From Thermoanaerobaculia bacterium (lineage in GTDB: Bacteria > Acidobacteriota > Thermoanaerobaculia > Multivoradales > UBA5704), in assembly GCA_044868005.1 (NCBI GenBank), contig JBIOVX010000245.1:44939-108938 (forward strand): a stretch of 64,000 bases of DNA. The letters are read 5' to 3'. Of this stretch, positions 56,014-64,000 are shown piece by piece. The notes under the pieces are model-generated. The model made no database searches and was not told where the DNA came from. It saw only the letters and a program-made list of their open reading frames with translations. Numbering within the stretch: position 1 is the stretch's first letter; each line of letters starts with the position of its first letter. The translations under genes were made by a program, and so were the position numbers.

Positions 56014-56487
56014 ATGGAGGCGAGCGAGTTTCAGGGCAAGATCTCGAGATGGCGGCTGGAAGCAGAAATGAGCCAGGAGGATCTCGACAAGGCGTGCGGG
56101 TTCAAACCCGGCACCGTGGGACGTCTCGAGCAGGACAAGCTCCCGCTCGACGACGAAAGGCTCGTCAGGATTCTGATCTGTACAGACCGCGATCTCCTGT
56201 CGACCTTGGCAGAAAGTTACGGTGCGCTGTTCAAGAGACTGCAACCCCTCGAAGGCACCTTGAGAGCACGGTTCGGGAAGCCATCTCCTCCGCCGCCTCC
56301 CGATGAGGATGAAGAGTTCAGACGGGGGCTCGCGGCCATGCTCTCCGGACTGGAAATGGTCCTCAGGAAGGTGGGGAGGGTCTCAGATCGCAGGGCGATG
56401 ATCCTGGACCTTCTCACCGAGGCGGCCGCCAGAGACGCGCGCAGCGAGAAGCCCGCTCGCAAGCGGATAAGAAAGCCGCGGCGATAG
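56014..56487 (+). CDS. XRE-family HTH transcriptional regulator
   Basis: 157 aa. HTH RWRLEAEMSQEDLDKACGFKPGTVGRLEQDK. Basic C-terminus. Confidence 0.6.
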   Translation: MEASEFQGKISRWRLEAEMSQEDLDKACGFKPGTVGRLEQDKLPLDDERLVRILICTDRDLLSTLAESYGALFKRLQPLEGTLRARFGKPSPPPPPDEDEEFRRGLAAMLSGLEMVLRKVGRVSDRRAMILDLLTEAAARDARSEKPARKRIRKPRR

Positions 56488-56618
56488 CAGGGCGAGCGTA
56501 AACCTGGCCGACTTGCTGCTACCACACTTCCAGGGCTTCGGGCGTCGATCGAGAGGCTTGACAACGCCCTCTCGGCGTAGATAGAGTTTTTGGGTAGCCA
56601 AAATTTAGTCTCCGGACA

Positions 56619-57437
56619 ATGAAAATCTTCCTGCCGCTCGCCGCCGTCCTCCTCGCCGCGCTTCCCGCCGGCGCCCAGGACGACGCGCCGATTCAGGACA
56701 ATTCCTTCCTCATCGAGGAGGCCTACAACCAGGAGTCGGGCGTGGTGCAGCACATCAACGCCTACTCCCGCGACGACGACAGCGGCGAGTGGGTCTACAC
56801 CTTCACCCAGGAATGGCCGCTCGGCGGCCTGCGCCACCAGCTCAGCTACTCGATCCCCTGGCTGCGCTCCGCGAGCCCGGCGGAGGACGGCTCGGGAGTG
56901 GGCGACGTCGGGGTCAACTATCGTCTGCAGCTCGTCGGCAGCGGCGAGGCTCCCGTCGCCTTCGCCCCCCGCTTCACGGTGCTCCTGCCCACCGGCGATG
57001 ACAAGAAAGGCCGCGCCGCGGGCTCGCCCGGCCTCCAGGTCAACCTGCCGCTGAGCGTCGCCCTGGGAGAGCGCTTCGTGACCCACACCAATCTCGGGGC
57101 GACCTACACTCCGAACGCTCACAATCCCGCTGGAGACAAGGCGGACGTCACGGTCTACAACTTCGGCCAGAGCTTCATCTGGCTGGCGCGCCCGAAGATG
57201 AATCTCATGCTGGAGCTCGTCTATCTCAGCGGCCGGGAGATCACCGGGCCGGGCGCCACGGAGCAAGACGACAGCTTCTTCATCAACCCCGGCCTGCGCT
57301 GGGCGTGGGACCTGCCGAGCGGCCTGCAGATCGTTCCCGGCATCGCCGTCCCTCTCGGCGCCGGTCCCAGCTCGGGCGAACGCCAGATCTTCCTCTACCT
57401 CAGCTTCGAGCACGCGTTCCGCCGCAGCGGCGGGTGA
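56619..57437 (+). CDS. outer-membrane beta-barrel protein (MetA-pathway/transporter family-like)
   Basis: 272 aa. Signal peptide MKIFLPLAAVLLAALPAGAQD. Alternating beta-strand pattern. Confidence 0.55.
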   Translation: MKIFLPLAAVLLAALPAGAQDDAPIQDNSFLIEEAYNQESGVVQHINAYSRDDDSGEWVYTFTQEWPLGGLRHQLSYSIPWLRSASPAEDGSGVGDVGVNYRLQLVGSGEAPVAFAPRFTVLLPTGDDKKGRAAGSPGLQVNLPLSVALGERFVTHTNLGATYTPNAHNPAGDKADVTVYNFGQSFIWLARPKMNLMLELVYLSGREITGPGATEQDDSFFINPGLRWAWDLPSGLQIVPGIAVPLGAGPSSGERQIFLYLSFEHAFRRSGG

Positions 57438-57452
57438 GCGCGGACGCGGTCG

Positions 57453-58340
57453 TCACGGCTCCGGCGGCGCCGCGGGGATCCTGGCCTCGACGACGGCGGA
57501 CCGCAGCATCGAGAGCGCGGCGTAGAGCACCACGAAGACGACCAGCCAGCGCATCGCGCCGAGGGGCAGCGACTTCACGATGAAGGCGGCGAGCAGCACG
57601 GCCGGGACTCCGCCGAGCGCGAGGCCGAGGGTCGTGCGCAGGCTGTAGCGCTCGCCCTGGATGAACTTGGCGCTCCCCACCGGCATGAGGAAGGCGCAGG
57701 AGCCCATCATGATCGGGAAGGCAGCCTTTAGATTCATCCCCAACAGGCTCACCAGGATCATGCAGGGGCCGTAGAGCCCGACGCCGACCTCCATCAGCGC
57801 GCCGAGGGCGAAGTTGCCGGCGAGGCCCGCCCCGAGCTTCCAGCCGACGAGGCCTTCCGTGTTGCCGCTCGGCGGCGTCACCTGGAAGATCTGCAGCAGG
57901 AAGATCGTCGCCGCGGCGAGCAGCGCCAGGCCCATGCCGATCTGGATCTTGCGCCGCGAGGCCTTCGCCACGAACCCCGCTCCGAACCACGAGCCCAGGC
58001 AGGCGGCTACGATCATCAGCACGAGCGTGGTCATGTCGACCTTGACGATGGCGATGAAGATGTAGGCCTGGGCGAGCGTGGCGAGCGTGTGGCCGACGTT
58101 CAGCGTACCCGGAATCTTTTCGTCGGGAACAAGGCTGCGCAGCTTGAGGATCGCCGTCGTGGGCGCAAAGGAGCCGATCCCCAGCGTGTCGAAGAAGCTG
58201 GTCACGAAGCCGAGCGCCGTCTCGAAGAAAGTGGGCTTGACCTCCCGGCCGCCGGCGCGGGCGCGCAGCACGGCTCGCGCCAGGACGACGACGTAGAGGA
58301 CGCCGAAGACGCCGAGGGCGACGAAGAGAGCGAGTTTCAC
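57453..58340 (-). CDS. sulfite exporter TauE/SafE family membrane protein
   Basis: 295 aa. 7-8 TM helices and the duplicated TauE pattern. Confidence 0.75.
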   Translation of the reverse strand: MKLALFVALGVFGVLYVVVLARAVLRARAGGREVKPTFFETALGFVTSFFDTLGIGSFAPTTAILKLRSLVPDEKIPGTLNVGHTLATLAQAYIFIAIVKVDMTTLVLMIVAACLGSWFGAGFVAKASRRKIQIGMGLALLAAATIFLLQIFQVTPPSGNTEGLVGWKLGAGLAGNFALGALMEVGVGLYGPCMILVSLLGMNLKAAFPIMMGSCAFLMPVGSAKFIQGERYSLRTTLGLALGGVPAVLLAAFIVKSLPLGAMRWLVVFVVLYAALSMLRSAVVEARIPAAPPEP

Positions 58341-58435
58341 TGGATAGAGATCTTAACCCAGGCCGTGCCGAGGGGGCTCGCCTTCTCATTCTCCAGCCAG
58401 GCAGTCCTCTCCGGACCCTTTTTCGGACAGAATAG

Positions 58436-59854
<1,419 letters not shown>

Positions 59855-59864
59855 AACTATATCG

Positions 59865-62792
59865 ATGCGCTTCCACGACTACCAGGACCTGATGCGCTAC
59901 CGCATCCTGCACGTCCTGCTGGTGGCGACGCCGTACGAGCGTTTCGTGCTGGAGGAGGCGGGCGAGCTCAGCGAGCGAATGCTGGGGGAGTTCCGCAACC
60001 TGGACGTCCATTACGCGCCGGGCCTGACCGGCGTGTCCACCGGCACCGAGGCCCTGGAGCTCGTCCGCCGCGAGGAGAGCATCAACCTCGTCATCGCCAC
60101 TCCGCGGGTGACGGACATGAGCCCCGAGCGGCTGGCCTTGCAGCTCCAGGCGATCCGCGATATTCCGGTCGTCCTCCTGGCGTGGGATCCCGCCGAGCTG
60201 AACGGTTTCGGACCCCGCGAGGGCTCTCCCATCGAACGGACGTTCCTCTGGCAGGGAGACGCCCGCATCCTGCAAGCCATCGTCAAGTCGGTGGAGGACT
60301 GGCGCAACGTCGAGCACGACACGCGGTCGGTGGGCGTGCAGGTGATCCTGCTCATCGAGGACAACGTCCGCCACTACTCCTCGTTCCTGCCGTCGATGTA
60401 CTCGGAGCTGCTGGAGCACTCGCAGCGGGTGATCGCCGAGGGGCTGAACCTCTCGCAGAAGATCCTGCGCATGCGGGCGCGGCCGAAGGTCCTCCTCTGC
60501 ACCACTTTCGAGGAAGCCCTGCGGGCCTTCCAAAGCTTCGCCGACGACGTGCTCGGCATCATCTCGGACGTGGAGTTTCCGTTCAAACCCGGCAGCACGC
60601 CGGCGCTGGAGGCGGGGCTGCGCTTCGCGGAGACCGTGCGCGCCACCTATCAGGACATCCCGATCGTCCTCCACTCCACGAAACCCGAGAACGCGAAGCT
60701 GGCCCGCCAGGTGCGCGCCGAGTTCCTGCTCAAGGGCGCTCCGCACCTGCTCGAGGACCTGCGCAAGGTCATGGTGCAGGACTTCGGCTTCGGGCCGTTC
60801 GTCTTTCGCCATGAGAACGAGGAGCCTGTAGACCGGGCGGACGACCTGCGGAGCCTGGAGGAGAAGCTGCGGACGATCCCCGAGGACTCGCTGCTCTATC
60901 ACGGCCGGCGGAATCACTTCTCCCGCTGGTTGAAGGCGCGCACGGAGTTCGCCCTCGCCCACGCCCTGCGGCCGCGCCAACTGGAGGACTACGGCAACGA
61001 GCCGGAGAAGCTGCGCGCGGACCTGATCCAGGCCATCGCCGACTACCGCTTCGAGCGCGACCAGTCGGTGGTGGCGGACTTCGACCGCGAGACGTTCGAC
61101 TTCGGCAGCGACTTCTACCGCATCGGCGGCGGCTCGCTGGGAGGCAAGGCCCGCGGGCTCGCCTTCGTGCGCCGGCTGATCTCGACGCACGGGCTGCGCC
61201 GGCGCTTCCCTGGCGTGCGCATCGCCATCCCGACCACGGCGGTGCTGGGGACGGACGTCTTCGACTCCTTCCTGGATGCCAACAACCTCCGCTCGTTCGC
61301 CATCGATTGCGAGGACGACGAGGAGCTCTGGCGTCGCTTCCGCGACACTCCCTTCCCGGAGGAGGCGGAGCGGGACCTCACGGCGTTCCTCGAGAGGGTC
61401 CGGCAGCCTCTTGCCGTGCGTTCCTCCAGCCTGCTGGAAGATTCGTTCTACCAACCCTTCACGGGCGTGTACGACACGCTGATGGTGCGCAACAACGCCT
61501 GGAGCGTGGCCGAGCGGGTGACGCAGGCCGAGCTGGCGATCAAGCGCGTCTGGGCCTCCGCCTTCTCGCAACACACCAAGGCCTACTTTCAGGCGACGGC
61601 GTTCCGCCTCGAAGAGGAAAAGATGGCGGTGATGCTGCAGATGATCGTCGGCGCTCCCCACGGCCCGCGCTTCTACCCCGACATCTCCGGTGTGGCGCGC
61701 TCGCACAACTTCTATCCCTCGGCGCCGATGACGGCGGAGGACGGCATCGCCGCCGTGGCGCTGGGGCTCGGCCGCGCCATCGTCGAAGGCGGCGCCTGCC
61801 TGCGCTTCTGCCCGCGCTATCCGCTCCACGTGCCGCAGCTCTCGTCCGTGGCCGAGGCCCTGGAGAGCACCCAGCGGGAGCTCTGGGCCCTGCGCCTCAC
61901 GGGAGAGGACGAGCTCGCCATGCGCGAGGAGGCCTTCGGGCTGGACGCGGCCGAGAAGGACGGCACCCTGGGCCGCGTGGGCTCCACCTACTCGCCGGAG
62001 AACGACGCCATCTACGACGGGCTCTCCCGCGCCGGCACGCGCCTCGTCACCTTCGCGCCCATCCTCAAGCAGGGCCTCTTCCCGCTGGCGGAGATCCTGC
62101 GCACGCTCCTCGCCGCCGGGCAGGAAGGCGTGGGATCGCCGGTGGAGATCGAGTTCGCGGTCAACCTCGACGTGCCGCGAGGACAGCCGCGGGAATTCGG
62201 TTTCCTGCAAGTGCGCCCGCTGGCCCTGGCGCGCGAGTCCGAGGCGATCGAGCTGGGCGAGGTGGAACCCGGCGCCATCCTGTGCGCCAGCCAGCGGGTG
62301 CTGGGCAACGGCCGGCTCGAAGGCATCCGCGATCTCGTGGTGGTGGACTTCCAGCGCTTCGAGCGGGCGCGCAGCCGGGAAGCGGCGATGGAGATCGGCA
62401 AGCTCAACGGCAAGCTCTTCGCCGCGGCGAGGCCCTACGTGCTCATCGGCGTCGGACGGTGGGGCTCGCGGGATCCGTGGCTCGGCATTCCCGTGACCTG
62501 GGATCAGGTGGCGGGAGCGAAGGTCATCGTCGAAGCGGGCCTCCGCGATCTCAAGGTGACGCCCTCCCAGGGCAGCCACTTCTTCCAGAACCTGACCTCG
62601 TTCAACGTCGGCTACTTCACCATCGACTCTGAAGACGGCAAAGGCCGCATCGATTGGGACTGGCTGGAAGCCCAGCCCGCCGAGAGCGACGAGGCCCACG
62701 TCCGCCACCTGCGCCTCGCCGAGCCGCTGCTGATCAAGATGAACGGCACGAAAGGCGAGGGCGTGATCCTCAAGCCGGCACGATCTGCCTGA
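59865..62792 (+). CDS. receiver-domain protein with C-terminal PEP-synthase/PPDK-type ATP-grasp domain
   Basis: 975 aa. Two N-terminal REC-like modules (..VILLIEDN..). C-terminal PPDK_N-like motifs (GGGSLGGKARGLAFV..VRIAIPTTAVLGTDVF). Confidence 0.7.
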   Translation: MRFHDYQDLMRYRILHVLLVATPYERFVLEEAGELSERMLGEFRNLDVHYAPGLTGVSTGTEALELVRREESINLVIATPRVTDMSPERLALQLQAIRDIPVVLLAWDPAELNGFGPREGSPIERTFLWQGDARILQAIVKSVEDWRNVEHDTRSVGVQVILLIEDNVRHYSSFLPSMYSELLEHSQRVIAEGLNLSQKILRMRARPKVLLCTTFEEALRAFQSFADDVLGIISDVEFPFKPGSTPALEAGLRFAETVRATYQDIPIVLHSTKPENAKLARQVRAEFLLKGAPHLLEDLRKVMVQDFGFGPFVFRHENEEPVDRADDLRSLEEKLRTIPEDSLLYHGRRNHFSRWLKARTEFALAHALRPRQLEDYGNEPEKLRADLIQAIADYRFERDQSVVADFDRETFDFGSDFYRIGGGSLGGKARGLAFVRRLISTHGLRRRFPGVRIAIPTTAVLGTDVFDSFLDANNLRSFAIDCEDDEELWRRFRDTPFPEEAERDLTAFLERVRQPLAVRSSSLLEDSFYQPFTGVYDTLMVRNNAWSVAERVTQAELAIKRVWASAFSQHTKAYFQATAFRLEEEKMAVMLQMIVGAPHGPRFYPDISGVARSHNFYPSAPMTAEDGIAAVALGLGRAIVEGGACLRFCPRYPLHVPQLSSVAEALESTQRELWALRLTGEDELAMREEAFGLDAAEKDGTLGRVGSTYSPENDAIYDGLSRAGTRLVTFAPILKQGLFPLAEILRTLLAAGQEGVGSPVEIEFAVNLDVPRGQPREFGFLQVRPLALARESEAIELGEVEPGAILCASQRVLGNGRLEGIRDLVVVDFQRFERARSREAAMEIGKLNGKLFAAARPYVLIGVGRWGSRDPWLGIPVTWDQVAGAKVIVEAGLRDLKVTPSQGSHFFQNLTSFNVGYFTIDSEDGKGRIDWDWLEAQPAESDEAHVRHLRLAEPLLIKMNGTKGEGVILKPARSA

Positions 62793-64000
62793 GCAGAGCG
62801 ATGTTGTCCCGGTGCCCTGTCAGGCGCGCCGTGACCTTGCCGCGCATGGGGTACCCCAACAGGTACAGGTCGCCGATGATGTCGAGGATCTTGTGGCGGG
62901 CGAACTCGTCCGGGAAGCGCAGCTCGGTGTTGATGACCTCGTCCTCGCCCACCAGGATGAAGTTGTCGAGCCGGCCGCCCGAGCCCAGGCCGAGCTCGTT
63001 CATCATCTTGAGATCCTTCATGAAGCCGAAGGTGCGGGCCGGCGCGATCTCCCGCTTGTAGGCCTCCGCCGAGGTCAGCGCGAACTCGTAAGACTGCTCG
63101 CCCACCGGCGGCGGGTAGCGCAGGAGATAGGAGACGGAGAAGCCTTCCGCCGGCTCGATCGCCAGCAGCTTCTCGCCGTTGCCGTTCACCTCGTAGCGGC
63201 GGTCGATGACCACCTCCCGCTGCGGCTCCTCCTGCTCGGCCACGCCGACCTCCTCCAGCAGCCTGCAGAACTCGAGGGCCGAGCCGTCGAGCACCGGGAT
63301 CTCTCCGTGCACTTTGATCAGGAGGTTGCCGATGCCGTAGGCGTGGAGCGCCGAGAGGAGGTGCTCGACGGTACGGATGCTCTCGCCGTCGGCGGCGAGC
63401 GTGGTGGCGTAGTCCGTGTCCGCGACGGCGCGGACGTGGGCGGGGATCTCCACGCCGGTCGGCAGCGTCACGAAATGGACGCCGCTGTTCTCGGGCAGGG
63501 GCTGGAGCGCCATGCCGGTGCGCTGGCCCGAGTGGAGCCCCAGGCCGTAGACCACGGTCGAGTGCCGGAGGGTGCGCTGGCGGCGGCCGGTCTCGGCGAG
63601 GAGCGGCAGGGCCGGGGGAGCTTCGAGCCGGCGCTCGCGGTCCCGCGTGTGGTCCGGCACGACGTCGACGGCACCGGGCTGGAAGGAGCGCCTGAAAGCG
63701 AGGGCGCCGGCCGCCGCGTCCACCGCCCGCTTGTACGACAGCGGCTTCTCCAGATAGTCGTAGGCGCCCATCTTGATCGCCTTGACCGCGGTCGCCGTAG
63801 TGCCGTGCCCGGACATCATGACCACGGCGGCCGTGGGATCCGCCTGCCGCAAAGCCTGCAAGGTCTCCAGGCCGTCGCGGTCGGCCAGCCAGATGTCCAG
63901 AAAGACGACCGCCGGCTGCTTCTCCTCGTAAAGGGTGAGGGCCTCCTCGCCGCTGGTGGTGGCGAGCGTCGCATAACCCTCGTCGGAGAGGATGCCTCCC
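62770..64000 (-). CDS. lpxC: response-regulator receiver domain fused to LpxC; N-terminus beyond the window
   Basis: The minus-strand ORF runs without a stop from a REC domain (..VVFLDIWLADRDGLETLQALRQADPTAAVVMMSGHGTTATAVKAIKMGAYDYLEKP) through a ~45-aa linker into a full LpxC (RRQRTLRHSTVVYGLGLHSG .. HKILDIIGDLYLLG). Confidence 0.7.
   Translation of the reverse strand, partial: GGILSDEGYATLATTSGEEALTLYEEKQPAVVFLDIWLADRDGLETLQALRQADPTAAVVMMSGHGTTATAVKAIKMGAYDYLEKPLSYKRAVDAAAGALAFRRSFQPGAVDVVPDHTRDRERRLEAPPALPLLAETGRRQRTLRHSTVVYGLGLHSGQRTGMALQPLPENSGVHFVTLPTGVEIPAHVRAVADTDYATTLAADGESIRTVEHLLSALHAYGIGNLLIKVHGEIPVLDGSALEFCRLLEEVGVAEQEEPQREVVIDRRYEVNGNGEKLLAIEPAEGFSVSYLLRYPPPVGEQSYEFALTSAEAYKREIAPARTFGFMKDLKMMNELGLGSGGRLDNFILVGEDEVINTELRFPDEFARHKILDIIGDLYLLGYPMRGKVTARLTGHRDNIALLRQIVPA

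Overview
This is a ~70% GC bacterial chromosomal window, probably from Acidobacteria or a similar soil phylum. About 65 protein-coding genes are supported and no rRNA, tRNA or CRISPR was seen. Coordinates I derived by reading the sequence can be off by 1-2 nt relative to the ORF track.

Ordinary content:
- The left end is a long co-directional minus-strand cluster (1..9874). It runs from a periplasmic amidohydrolase and two tandem signal-peptide PCMT genes, through a ~220-bp palindromic element, into the RDD / SpoIIM-like / membrane / DUF4129 / DUF4350 / MoxR / DUF58 operon.
- Housekeeping and accessory genes follow: a diverged isoaspartyl peptidase (iaaA), a TldD/PmbA-like protein, uvrA, gdhA, panE and trmO; a B12-radical-SAM enzyme; an ECF sigma factor translationally coupled to a Ser/Thr kinase and a VOC protein; and a possible lipid-modification operon.

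Unusual content:
1. A protein that fuses a response-regulator receiver domain to LpxC, cut by the window end.
2. A sigma-54 enhancer-binding protein next to a sigma-54 promoter that drives a small membrane protein and an RsbW/RsbV/RsbU-like partner-switching module with no sigma factor.
3. Two small secreted cysteine-rich peptides.
4. Two phased direct-repeat arrays of unknown function: 19-bp units beside a TIR-domain islet, and a ~660-bp array of 21-bp units arranged as a giant dyad.
5. Two low-GC islets: a TIR-domain protein with DUF2442 and DUF104 genes, and a GHKL/MORC-like ATPase with a low-GC secreted protein.
6. Two near-identical intergenic modules of tandem GGGAC boxes facing tandem GTCCC boxes, interpreted as stacked ECF-type promoters.
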